Assembly (NCBI GenBank): GCA_964036045.1
Contig: OZ038378.1
Location: 150,536,001-150,600,000, forward strand
DNA length: 64,000 bases
Reading direction: 5' to 3'
DNA from: Eutreptiella sp. 'Long Island Sound 2002'
Lineage: Eukaryota > Protista > Euglenida
Shown: positions 1 through 11,698 of the stretch, in pieces
Numbering within the stretch: position 1 is the first letter of the stretch
Layout: each line of letters starts with the position of its first letter
Program-made: the position numbers and the translations under genes
Notes under the pieces: model-generated
The model's input: only the letters and a program-made list of their open reading frames with translations
The model's database searches: none
What the model was told of the DNA's origin: nothing

Positions 1-607
1 TGAAATTGGGCAAGTGGCTGACATTGGGTTGTGTGGTGATTGACTGGCGTTGTGTTGGATGCATTCTTTCTGCATACTTTGTGCATTGATGGCGTGTGAA
101 GAAGCTACAAAGGCTGCACATGCCTGTGCCCGAGTGGCTCACACTGAGTTGCCCCCAAGATTGAGGGTCAGAGTATGCAGTGGTGGAAGGTGGGCTGAAA
201 CTACCCATATGAACAACTGCCGCGAATGAACCACGGCTCCTGCCCTGAAACCCCACCGAGGGACAACAAGACACAGCTGGAGATCGTGCCTTGGGGAGTC
301 AGGTGGCCTCCTGTGGCTGCTACTGTCACACATGCAACCCATGCCAACCACACCTACAGACAGTGCTCTGCAGAGCCACCAATGTGGAAATTCACCAAAA
401 GTCTAAGGACTGTCGAACTACGTGGGAAGTTCAGTGCAAATCAATATATTGCAACGGCGTGGCAACCTGCCTGGGCACAGGTGCTGGATATCTCCTCGGC
501 GGCAGCATGACCCCTGGGGACTCAAATAAACAAAGTGCCCTCGGCTAAACGCTTAGAAATGCTGTACGCAGTGCAGTAGTGCTGCAGTACTACTGTTGCC
601 CCTGAAC

Positions 608-1954
608 TTACCCATTGCCTGCCACTTGGTTGCCATCGAGATGCAGATGCAGACTCACGGTCGGTGCTGAGTCCTTCATAGCCACCAGAGCCTCCATGCC
701 ACTGACCCCTATTCTGTTGTTGGAGACGTCGAGCTGCAGCCGGCGCAGTGCCGCACGATCCTGAAAAGCGGCCAACGCACACGCGCCTTCGTCCCCAATC
801 TGATTCTTCGCCAGCCCCAAATGGAGTGTTCGTACCGATTGTGCGCCCATCAACGCCGCCAGTGATTGCGCCCCAGCAGGTCCCACATGGTTCAATGCGA
901 GATTCAAATGCAATGTGTGGCATGGGGCACACTTGAACTCCGCAAGGGCCTGTGCCCCACTGGGGCCGATTCGGTTGATGGACAAGTCCATCTCCAGGGT
1001 CTGCAGGATCGCAGCCTTGACGGCAGCAAGTCCGTGTGCACCATCGTCGCCAAGCCGATTATTGGCCAGCTTCAACCGTAGGCTTCGCAGTGATGCACCC
1101 TGCAACGCGGCCAGCGCCGCCGCGCCATCGGCTCCGATGTCGTTGTTATCCAGAATGAGCTCAAGGGTGTGCAACGACGCCGCGCACCTCAGCTCTGCCA
1201 GTGCTGCTGCCCCGGCATCCCCGACCTGATTGGAGGTGAGATCCAGATGTAGCCTTTGGAGTGCCACCACATCCGCCAGGGCTGCCAGCGATGCCGCGCC
1301 CCTATCCACAATCTGATTGGCGGTCAGATTCAGATGCAGGGTGCGCAGCGAGGCGGCACCCTTCAGTGCCACAAGAGCTTGTGCTCCATGGTAGCCCACA
1401 CGGTTGTAACTCAGATCCAGGCACAGGGTGTGCAACGCAGGCGCCTCTTTGAGGGTCGAGAAGGCGCGAGCCCCCCCCACCCCAATGCCATTGGACTCCA
1501 AATCGAGGTGCAGCACCTGCAGTGCAGGGGCGCCCTTCAATGCCGCCAGCCAATTGGCGCCCGCGTCTCCAACACTGCAGTAGCACAGATCCAAATGCAA
1601 GCCACACAGGTGGAGGCTCTGCTGCAGGTCAGCCAACGCTGCCCCGTCGCTGTCCCACAGCGCGCCTTGCCATTTGAGGGCCAGCGTGCGCACCAAGGCC
1701 TGCCACTTACGCAGTATGGCCCCCGTGTTTGGGCCATGGCGCCCGGCACACCGGATGTGTTGCCCCTGCAACGCGCGCCAGAGTTTCGAGCACGCGTGGC
1801 TCAGGGCTGCGGACTGGAGGAAGTCAGCGATGCGCTGCCAGAGATCTGCGGACCAGCGGTGCAGCAATGGATGGCGCAGGTGGTGGCCCTGAGGGTCTGT
1901 TCCCCCTGCGCGCACCGGGCGGGACCCGGCCATCCAAATCAATGTTCCGGCCAT
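608..1954 (-). CDS. F-box-like N-terminus + ribonuclease-inhibitor-type leucine-rich-repeat protein (~12 repeats of 27-29 aa)
   Basis: Long open frame with high GC3. Repeats such as LQVLHLDLESNGIGVGGARAF, LHTLCLDLSYNRVGYHGAQAL and LQRLHLDLTSNQVGDAGAAAL. N-terminal WSADLWQRIADFL..LSHACSKLW resembles an F-box. First in-frame ATG is at 1954 (track start 1978 is GTG). The stop TAA overlaps a GG|GTAAGT donor, so the 3' end may be spliced. Confidence 0.9.
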   Translation of the reverse strand: MAGTLIWMAGSRPVRAGGTDPQGHHLRHPLLHRWSADLWQRIADFLQSAALSHACSKLWRALQGQHIRCAGRHGPNTGAILRKWQALVRTLALKWQGALWDSDGAALADLQQSLHLCGLHLDLCYCSVGDAGANWLAALKGAPALQVLHLDLESNGIGVGGARAFSTLKEAPALHTLCLDLSYNRVGYHGAQALVALKGAASLRTLHLNLTANQIVDRGAASLAALADVVALQRLHLDLTSNQVGDAGAAALAELRCAASLHTLELILDNNDIGADGAAALAALQGASLRSLRLKLANNRLGDDGAHGLAAVKAAILQTLEMDLSINRIGPSGAQALAEFKCAPCHTLHLNLALNHVGPAGAQSLAALMGAQSVRTLHLGLAKNQIGDEGACALAAFQDRAALRRLQLDVSNNRIGVSGMEALVAMKDSAPTVSLHLHLDGNQVAGNG

Positions 1955-2356
1955 CTTTCCCAATGCTGTACCCCCCACACACCCAACTAAGACTAACCCT
2001 TGGATCCCGCAGGTGACCCGGACCCGAAATGCGGCAAAAAAATGAAAATGGTATTTTTGGAATCAGCACGTCAAGGGGGTTCAGAAAAAACATGATTTGC
2101 AATGTATTTGGTGCAAAAAAAAAAAGACCATTTTCAATGCTCAAAAACTTTTTTTGGTGCCTTTGGCGCCACAATTCATAATATCTGATCAATGCACGGG
2201 GGCCGCCTCCAGCCAATGTGTGACCCCGAGGGGTGTGCGACCGTTTTGGGGCTGTAGGGGGGGGGGGGGGGCTTTGGTTGACCCAAACCTTGGGGGTCGG
2301 CGGGTCGGGCGGTCAGCCACCGGGCTGCCTGGGGGGGGGGGGGGGTCGGTGGGTAC

Positions 2357-3480
2357 CCCAACAAACATCCCTCAAAATGATCCCCATGACACGCTGATCA
2401 TTTTGAATATGCACAAGTGGGGTAAAAGAATTTCAAACAAAAAATTGCCCATCAACTCAGGCTCCCATCAGCCAAGGCCCGACCCGGAGGCCGGGTCGGG
2501 GTCAATATCCTTTTTTGTGCTTTTTAGCCATTTTTGAATTCTCCACGAAATTCTGAGTATTTTGAGTACAGACACATCGGGTCGAACAAAAATATTTCCC
2601 CCTGCCGTATGCCTAAAACAAAATCTCTGGCGCCCACAAAACCCATTGATCTGTACAACCATTTTGGGGTCTGTAGAGGGGGGGGGGTTACCCCCCCCCC
2701 CACTTTGGGGTCGGGTCCTGACCAGGATCGGCCCCCGTGGATCAATGGTCCTGTCAATTGAGCTGTTCTCCCAAACCCCCTCCCCAGTTTTGGGGGCTCT
2801 ATCAAACCCCCCCTCCCCCGCCCCCCGCGGAGTTGACAACCCGACTTCCCCTAGTTGGCCCAGTGCCATGCGTGTTGTGTCACGTGCTGGCGTGTCGAGG
2901 CCGGGGAGTTGGGCTGGGGGAATGGGGGGGGGAGGGTGGCAAAGACGCAATTTTGTGGGGTGAGAGGACACTATTTGTCTCACTGCTCGCAATTGTGGCA
3001 TCAGTGCCTTTATGGCGCCCACTGCCCTGTAAGTGCCGAGCGGAGGCGTCGCGTTCGGTCATTCCCAAACCGTGTAGTTTGGGAGAGGGGGTGGTAGAAG
3101 GGCGCTCAGAGCCCATTGAAAATGCGCGAGGGGGTATGCTCAGCATTTGGTGTCTCCACCCTCCGAAGTGGCCAACCCCGGGAGGGACCACACTTTTGGA
3201 CAAAAACCCCTTCCCAAGGTGGCAGGAAGACCAGGAAGACCAGAAAATGGGCATAGTCCTCTGTCCTTTCCCGTCAGACGGGGATTGCTGTTACAACAAG
3301 CAGGCACCGTAATGCAACTGGGGGTGCCCAGGTGCAGCGGTTGACCCTGACAACCCTTCAACATTTTCCCCGCCCCCCAATGGAGGGAGGGCCGAGCTGG
3401 GGTCCCGGGTGCCCCAACAAACATACCTCAAAAGGATCCCCTCGTCGCACTGATCATTTTGAACACACATATGCGGGGGT
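2357..3480. repeat. Two copies (2357-2420, 3416-3480) of a dispersed repeat segment AACAAACAT(C/A)CCTCAAAA..GATCCCC...CTGATCATTTTGAA
   Basis: Direct alignment of the two segments. The downstream GAAATTCTGAG(T/C)A(T/C)TTTGAGTA block (~2546, ~3562) is also shared. Confidence 0.7.
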
Positions 3481-3619
3481 TTTTGCAAAAAAACCTCCTG
3501 GAGGGTCTGGTCAGGGGTCAGAAAAAATTTCACGTTTTGCATACATATTTGGATTCCCCATGAAATTCTGAGCACTTTGAGTAAACATACCCCCCCCCCT
3601 TTGTATAAGCTACGCCAAA

Positions 3620-3990
3620 GTCCCAAATTAATACGGTCCCTACGCCTAATGTGGCTTGGACACGGGCGTCGCTTGCGTGCAACACATGCAACTACCAACA
3701 CCGGGCGCCCAGGTTCAAAAAGAGAAGATTGCATGGTGAGCCGGTGCAAGAAAGGGGCATATAATGCACAAACATCCCCAAAATCAGAGCTATGTGGGTT
3801 CAAGTGGCAAACACTCACAACAAATGTGTCCATGACTCTATGTGACTTGCAAATCCGTCACCAAACCCATGTCTTATGTGGCTGCACTACATTTGGTACC
3901 AAATTAAAATTAGGTCCCAAATTAATACGGTCCCTACGCCTACTGTAGCTTGGACAAGGGCGTGGCTTATACAACGGGGGGGGGGGGACA
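3620..3990. repeat. Dispersed repeat family CAAATTAATACGGTCCCTACGCCTA..GT.GCTTGGACA.GGGCGT (copies ~3624, ~3918; related copies ~36300 and ~36558)
   Basis: Near-identical ~50-nt blocks at 3624 and 3918. ACGGAA(T/C)CAACGCCT.GTG.TGCTTGGACA occurs twice near 36.3-36.6 kb. Confidence 0.65.
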
Positions 3991-5134
3991 TGGGGCAAAA
4001 AGAAAATTTCACTCCCCACACCATATGCCAAAAGAAAAAAATTCCGGCGCCGAATTTAGACCAAATGTGGTCTGGACCTTCTAAACATTCTGGCCACTTT
4101 GGGGGCTGGGGGGTTGTTGGGGTCAAGGGCTGCAGCTGTGCACCCCCGGTGGTAATGCAGGTTTGGACAGGAACTGGTACAACGCCTGACCACACCACCC
4201 TCAACCAAGGCACAATTAAAGTCCAAAGCGTTGATGTGACCGCACACTGCGACAAGAGGGTGAATTCGCAGTATTTTGCCTACCCTTGTTGCCAAAGGTT
4301 ACACTGGTTTTCATTGATGGATCAGCTGGGCTTTGCATTGGAGTTGCACATTCGTAAGTATTTGGAGTGATTCTCAAATGTTGTAGAGCCATGCTCTGAA
4401 GTCAAACACACGCACACACACACACACAGAGAGAGAGAGACTCCCTCTGCTTCCACAGCCTCTCAGGCTCATCCTTACTCCGCATGGTGTTGGCCACTCT
4501 AAGAAACCATTACATCACCCGCATCTGCAACACTGCCCCTACGCACAATGGAACACTGGAACGACATCACCAACCCCTTTTGCATAAGTCAATACAACCC
4601 AGCCCCAGGCCCCGGATATACCCAAGAATACCACTTAGCATACCCAGTGGAAGCTGGACCAAAGCACAAGGATACATCAAAGGCACTGTAGGGACAAATT
4701 CATGTGAGGGCCCCGCATGGCCTGGCAAATTGTTAGCATCGCCACATTCTTCTTCTGGTTCTTCCATATGGCTCTAGTGACACAACAGAAGCTGACAGAA
4801 GAAAACGGTGATTCTTGTTTGAGGCATGTTGCATGCACAGTGCGTGGCTAACAGCAAACGCCACCAACGGATTTGCTGTGGACTCCAAACTCACGAACTT
4901 ACCCACTGAAATGCAACATTGAAACTTCAAGTGGCATGTCAGGACAAAGGGTTCATGGGCAGCCAAAACATGCGTGCCCTGCACCCCCCCCCCAGCGGGG
5001 TTGTGTGTTTGGGCCACTCTGTGTCTGCATGAGCTGCAAAAAATCTCGTTTCAGGAAGAGACCACGACAATATGAGCCCCACAGTGCAATGTGTCGTCCG
5101 TTGAGAAATCACGAGCCGCCCATGGGGGACTGTG

Positions 5135-5590
5135 TGCCCGGCGTGTGCCCGGCGCGCTACCTTCGTATTAAGTATCCTGGCTCTAGCCCCAAGTTTATCC
5201 TCACCTACCCCCCGCCCACCTTGTAATCCCCCCCCCTAATGTCAGGGCTGTCCCCCCCATGGGGGGGGGGGGGGGCACCAAGTGCCGGTCCCCCCCCAAC
5301 CCCAATCCCAGTGTAACCTAAAGAAATTTTTTCTTCGGCACCTTCGGCGCTTAGTGTTTCCTATGCCCCCACATGGGGGGGGGGGGGATTGCAAGGGGTG
5401 GGGGAGTACAAGGGGTGGGGGGTAGAAAAGTACCCCAAGTAGACCGCACTGGACCGCAAACCTTCCTTGCAAAGCACCTGTGGGCGGAATGGGTACATCA
5501 CCCCTGCCTTCTCGGGGGTCTCCAATAGAAGGGGACCAAACCAGAAGTGGCTACATCACCCCTTGCTTCTTGGGAGCAGATTGTTTGGTG
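5135..5590. mobile_element. Composite dispersed repeat: GCCCGGCGCGCTACC block followed by (GCTACATCACCCCTGCCTTCTCGGGG..)n block
   Basis: The same two blocks occur in the same order at 5135-5590, 7715-8170 and 20915-21035. The second block also occurs at ~25865 and ~32085. Confidence 0.65.
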
Positions 5591-5966
5591 AGGGGGGGGG
5601 AGGGGGGCAAAAACAGGCACGCGTGGGGAATGGTTTAAAAAAAAAAAAGATGCCCGGCACGCTAACACTCTCCCCGTTGTTTTTTTTTTACCTCGTGGCC
5701 GAAGTCCCACCAAGTGTCCATTGAGTACACATAGCAGGTCATTGGTCAGTGACAGGGTCGGCTTTGGTTATGGGTTAGGTATGACCTACCCTCACCAAGA
5801 CGGCTGCGGTGGGGTGGCGGGAGGAACGAGTCCCGCGCCTTGCCCCACCCCTGGCGCCCCGTTTGCACAAGTATGCGTGTCCTCCCGGACCTCTCGGGGG
5901 TGTCACAATCCAGTCAAGACAATGACATCGCCCATGTCCTCAAGCGGGATCTCCATATCCTGGAGA

Positions 5967-6635
5967 TCATTGGGAACTTCCAGTGCCTCTGTCCTGCATT
6001 TCTCGTGCCTCTGTCCTGCGTTTCTTGTGCGTCTCAGGTGGGTTCTCGTCCCGCAGGCGCTTCATGCGCTCTGCAGTGGCCCCTCGGATGTCCCATCGGG
6101 GGTCCGACAAAGTCGTCCGCCGTAAGGCCATAAGGGTCACTGCGTGCACTTGAGACATATGCCACCGTGCGGACGCTTCATCCGCTTGGATGATGGTGGA
6201 CAGCGAAACATGAGCCTGCTCCCAACACGAGGATGCCGTGGCGAGCTTGCGCGACGCCGTGGACCGCGCCTCGGGGAGGACAGCCGTGCGCCACTGGCGG
6301 AAGCGCAGTCGGCGGGAGTCCGCCGTCCAGGACAATTGGTAGACCGCCTGTTGCGCCTCTATGTACCACCGCGCCATGTGCTCCTTATAGAGGAAATACA
6401 CTTGCCGGCACAAGTGTTCGTGGTGGTGTGCCAAGAAGAGGGACTTCCGTGCGATGGCTTGTCGGGCGAGTGCTTGCACCACCTCTTCTAGGCAGAGTCG
6501 CGCGGCTTGCATTTGGGTGTGTAGCATGGCCCGCCTTGCTTGCTCCAAGAAAGGTCCGGTAAAGGTAACACTCCCCCCATTGTTAAATTGATATGGTCTC
6601 GGAACTGCCTGACTGGCAAGCCTTGAGGAGAGCAC
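5967..6635 (-). pseudogene. Unknown 222-aa frame, probably the 3' part of a retroelement ORF, frameshifted by a 22-bp tandem duplication
   Basis: GC3-biased codons. A 22-bp duplication (5984-6027) shifts the frame; without it the protein continues ...RRTEALEVPNDLQDMEIPLEDMGDVIVLTGL*. An A10 tail lies downstream on the same strand (T run 5680-5689). No family recognised. Confidence 0.4.
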
Positions 6636-6831
6636 AGATCAATGAATGCTCTCTTACAAAAGGTGTCTTGTGATGCATTTGAAACAGGTTATCTTGTATC
6701 AATTGTTTGATTGTCCACTGCTTACTCAGCTGATTCAAAGCAAGCCCTGACAGAAGCTCCGAAATTCAGATTGTCGCTAGCCGGACGTCACAAATGGATT
6801 ACTAAAGAATTGGCACATCCTCTGGACCACC

Positions 6832-7506
6832 GTGCACTCCACCAATCCACATCATTTGCCCTCTGTGAGTTTAGTGGGAATGAAGGAGATTATTCTACGC
6901 GAAGGTCGCTGGAAGGTTGAATTTCATGACTGCGAAGGAGCTGAGTTCTTCATCAAGATGGTCAACAACAAGATTAAGTACAAGGGTATTTTACTTCAAG
7001 TTTTTCCTTGGGTTTTTTCTTATTCTGTGGATCAAGTCTGGGATCAGTTGGAAAAAATTGCCAATCTAGAAAGGCAAAAAGCTCAAGATTCCAAGGGATT
7101 TGGTACCAAGGTGAACGCTGTGACCAACAATGGTTGTGCAGTTTCTCTGTCTATGGGCAAGGACCAACGTGCAGCTACACATTCCACGGCCGATCACCTT
7201 TGGCAAGCTTCGGATGTGAAGTTTATCCAAGGAAAAGTTGCTGATCCAAGTGCGAAAGGTGGACAAGAAAAAAATCGCCAAAATGACCACGTGCGGAATC
7301 AGGACAAGCATCAAAGTGGGAAAGGAAAAGGACAGTCTCAGGGCAAGAACAGGGACCGGGAGGCAAAAGATTACTCGCAGCAAGGCAGAGATCAATACGG
7401 ATCAAAATGGACAAAATCGGGAGGAAAGTCAAGTGGAAAAGGAGGAAAAGGCCAACAAAAGACTGGGAATCAAGAAGATTCTCAGGTGAATGGGAACCCT
7501 TTCTGA
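6832..7506 (+). other. Gag/ORF1-like remnant (RRM-like segment, VNAV, GKG-rich basic tail)
   Basis: RWKVEFHDCEGAEFFIKMVNNKIKYKGILLQV has RRM-like spacing. It is followed by a helical segment ending VNAV and a GKGKGQ/GGKSSGKGGKG tail. Composition is more A-rich than the host exons. Inference only. Confidence 0.3.
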
Positions 7507-7714
7507 CAGTTTTTGGAACCCACCACCTCTACGTGCAACACCCACAGACACAGCGGCCACCGTTGATTTCTACCTCAAACTTTGGGTGATTCCACTTCAT
7601 AAGCTGGTGTATCATCCACTTAAGAGGGTACGTTTGCCCGGCACACCCAGCATCCAAATCAATGTCCCGGTCGTCCATCCCAATGCTTTACCACTAAATA
7701 TCACTCCCTCCTCC

Positions 7715-8400
7715 AGCCCAAGGGGGAATGTTTGCCCGGCGCGCGCCCGGCGCGCTACCTTTCTATTAACTATCTCGACTTCAGCCCGAGATTTACCCTC
7801 CGATGGAGAAGGTCCCCCAAATAGACCATGATGGACAACGCACCTTCCCTACAAAGCACGTTGCAGAATTAGACAATCGCTATGAATTCAACAACTCCAA
7901 ATGTCATTTGTATTGTACTTAACAAACGGTACTTTGCCTTTACCTTTCCCATACATTTCGCTATGGTAATGAGTCCCCAAGCTGCAAGCAGTTTGGACGG
8001 GGTTTCTGCCTCACGTCACAAGAACGAAGCGCAAACTCAGTATGCGCTACATCACCCCTGCCTTCTCGGGGTCCCCATGGTGGGGAGAAATCAATATGGC
8101 TACATTACCCCTGCTTTCTTGGGGTCCCCATGGTGGGGAGAAATCAACCTAGTAAGGAGTGGATGTGGTGGAAACGAGCAAAAAATGGAAGAAAATTGGT
8201 GAAACTGGGTGAAAATCCAAATATACCATATCCCGAATGTGAAAGACCTCTGATAGCGTACATGGGGCATTGGCACCACAGAATTCACCTCCATTGTGTG
8301 GGTGATGTGTGTGCTGGGGGGGGGGGGGGGTTTGAGGGGCAGAACGTGATGGGCTTGCGCCTGCGCCTTATACGTGCTGAGCGGGGGTCCGCGCTGCGTG
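7715..8400. mobile_element. Second copy of the composite GCCCGGCGCGCTACC / GCTACATCACCCC repeat, with an extension homologous to 25865-26125 and 32085-32340
   Basis: Shared GGATGTG.TGGAA..GAGC.AAAAATG and GGGTGAAAATCCAAA.AT.CCATATCCC blocks with the 25.9-kb and 32.1-kb copies. Confidence 0.65.
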
Positions 8401-10290
8401 CAAGTTACGCGCCGGTGCTGTGACAGCTCAAGCCGCCCCGCAAAAATCGAAAATCGCGTTGGACATTGCGAACTTCCAACTAAAAACATCGCGATTTGTG
8501 GTCGCTACAACTGCTTCTAGCGGGGGAACCTCCCATGTTACGGCATTCAGTGCGCCGGTCGCACAGGACCTCCGACTTGCAGTGCCCGCACGCCAGTGAA
8601 ACCAGGTCATGCGTCAGGCGGGCGCGTGCGCTCAGATGCTGGTAGCTAAACTAACGGGCCTTGGGAGTGCATTTGACTTTCCTGGGCAAAGCGCCTTGAT
8701 GATGGTGAGAGACTCATAGCCGAAGTTGGCAAACAATTGCCCCCATGCGGGGGCCAGCATTCGGCCATGCCTGCGTATGTTCCAGGCGCCAGCAGTGGGC
8801 ATGCTTGCCTTTGGTTTTCCGCTTGCTCATGATCGGCGAGGCGGGGAGGTCATGCTGGCTCATTGCTGTGGGAGGGTGTGTGGTCCAGCCAAAGTGGACA
8901 GCGTCGTTGTTGTGATGAATGTGCCGAACGGGGGCTGCACGAAGAAAGCCCGCCGGAAACGTGGTGCACCGGTGCGGAGGTGTGGACTGTCCGTCGCCGC
9001 ACGAGGGTTCTCGTGGTTCAACGCACACCCTAAGATCCAGCTGCTCTCGCGAGGCCGTCCACGTCCCCTGGCCACGCTCCGGACCCCACGCACGTGACAG
9101 CACGGCACCTTGTTCCCGACATCCACAATCAGTCCACTCTGCAGGTCCTGCACTTGCTTCATGCTGTCCATCCGTCCCTCCAGTTCAGTGGTGAGGCTGC
9201 TTGCCTTTTGTGCGCTGTCCCCCACAGCAGTCTTCACAAAGCCCTGCAGCTCCCACATGCTCTGCAAAGGATACAGGACGATGGGAGGAGGTGGTTGGAG
9301 GGGAATGGAAGCGGTTGGGAAAGCTGGATTGGGAAGAAGAGGTCAGAAGGCGGGGAAATCACACTAGTGTGCGAGACAGCCCTCTGGGCTGCAGCCAGGG
9401 CATGGCCAAACCACCTCAGAGCAGAGCTGGGGACCTCAAAAAAATTGAATGCCCTGGGGGATATCAAATGCCCCAGGGCATATTGAATGAAATGCCATCA
9501 GAAGAGCTTTATTTCGCTCCAGTCTGCCCGTTCCATTTTCCTACGAGTGGTGCGGTGACTGCTGGATTTTGTGCCAAGGTGGTGGCCCCCCCAGGGTTTT
9601 GCTTAGCCACCCTAGGGGGGGGGGGGGGTTAATTCAGGGACCCACCCACCCAGAATTTTGGCATACCCACAGACCGACAAATGTCCCACCCACCTGACAC
9701 CTGACACCCACCCACCCACCCACCCACCCACGTACCCAACTGAGACATGCAATACAGAAGACCAAGTTTTTCACAGAGGTGAACAACCATCATGTCAGTC
9801 TAATTGTCAGCGTTGCCCCCTTCGCATCCAGCACAAACGACAAAGCATCCTAGCCCCTTTATGGGCGTGGGGCATGCACACGTGATATGCAATGACATGT
9901 AAACACACCATAAACATGTTACACGGAACCTGCAACAGAAGAAAGAAAGAAGTGGCACTGGCTCGATAGACCGAAGGGCCCCCACAAAGTCCCACCCCAC
10001 CCTGGGGGGGGGGGGGGGTGGTTGGACACCCACCCACCCTGAAATTCTGCCAGACCCACCCACCCACCCCCCCCCCGGGGTAGGGTAGGACGGACACTAA
10101 GCAAAACCCTGGGCCCCCCATTGGTGTCAGCATGTATTTTGTGGTGGGACACATCACCAGCAGCGACTCACCAGGTTTTGCACTGCAGAGTCCTTTTGCG
10201 ATGTCGCCATCATACCTTGCAGTTGGGACACAATTTGTTCAAATGGCTGGCAAGTTTCCTCACAGCTGAGTGTTTTGAGACTGAATTCAA

Positions 10291-11698
10291 CTTGGGTGCA
10301 CTACGCGCACACATACAGCCGTAAAACCCCAAACCTAGGGTGCCGTAAAAAATGCACTCTTTTTGAAAACATGCGCACAACAGGGCTCTAACCCCCTGGC
10401 TCGCAAATGTATGACCAATGAAAAAAAATTTTATGGCGCCAGCGCCGTAAACATTGACGAATCTCCTTCAAAATTTGTATTTTCTCTACACCGAGTTGTA
10501 TCTGAAAAACACAGTTCCAGCATTGGTTTAAACTAGTAGCGCAGGATCTGGACCTTGTTCAGATATGCTCGACGGGTCATTGGCAACCCTCGGGGAATGA
10601 GTAAAGCAGACCTACCAAAAGACAGAAGAAGACAGCCACAAGTTGCATTTCCCAGAGAACTTAATCGACATCTCCCCAATTGGATAACTGCAAGGAGGGA
10701 AATGATGATCAAATCAGAACACTCTGCCAATGCACCCGTTTTTTGTAATGTTTGGTGTAGAGATTAACCCTCAATGTCACATCTCCCTGCAAAAATGTTT
10801 AGGGCGCCAGCGCCGGAAAAAAAATCGTCTGCCTGGTGATTGGAAACCAATACTATGACCAAAAAAAAATTTCTCTGAAGGAAAAGGGCAGAGATGGACA
10901 AAAGGGCCTGCATAGTCCATTGTTGCTTCCCATATGTGCTAAATGTGATCCACATCATAACCTATGGCAGCTGGACACACCAGTGAACACCTCCAATGGG
11001 TAGGGGGGGATTAGTCTGTAGTGGGTGCACATTTACGGCGCCATCGCCATAAATATTTACGGCGCTGGCGCTGTAAAATGATTTCATGACCCTGCAGATG
11101 GCAGTTTGTACAGTTTGCAGTTTTAACATCTGTCACTGTGTTTAGATGCACCCTGGACATTTTCTGGCTGGTGTTGGTGAACTGCCACCAAAACCCCATT
11201 GTCACAATAATTGTCGGATTTCCCCCCCTATCCTTTTACGGTGGTGCCATAAATGTGCACTCACTGCAGACTGATCCCCCCCTGCCCATTGGGGGTCTTC
11301 ACTGGTGTGTCCCGTTGGGCTTCTGTGAAAAGCTTTTGAGTTCACCCCCATATCAGCATGATGCAACAAGTGGGTCATGCAGGTTCCTCCCAATGTGTCC
11401 ATCTCTGCCCTTCTCCATCAGACAGGGGTCCAAGGAGGGGTGTAGTCTCTAGGGGTTCGAATCACCTTGCTACCTGACTGCTTCCCCTCCAATACCCCTG
11501 CCAATTTACAGCACCAGGGCCGGAAACGTTTACGGCACTGGCGCCGTAAACGCTTACGTTGGAAATGTGCCAAACTGCCTACCATACCCCCTTTGGCAAT
11601 CCCTACACTTAATAGAAACCTCCGTCGTGTTTACGGCACTTTTAGCAAATGAGCGCCCCGCGTTTATGGTGCTATGCGTGCACACAGTGCACCCCAAG
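10291..11698. mobile_element. Non-autonomous TIR element (MITE-like, ~1.4 kb) with a possible 5-bp TSD TTCAA
   Basis: Left end CTTGGGTGCACTACGCGCACACATACAGCCGTAAA matches the reverse complement of the right end, CTTGGGGTGCACTGTGTGCACGCATAGCACCATAAA, at ~27/36. TTCAA lies at 10286-10290 and 11699-11703. The internal motif GCGCCAGCGCCGTAAA recurs in both orientations. Confidence 0.6.
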
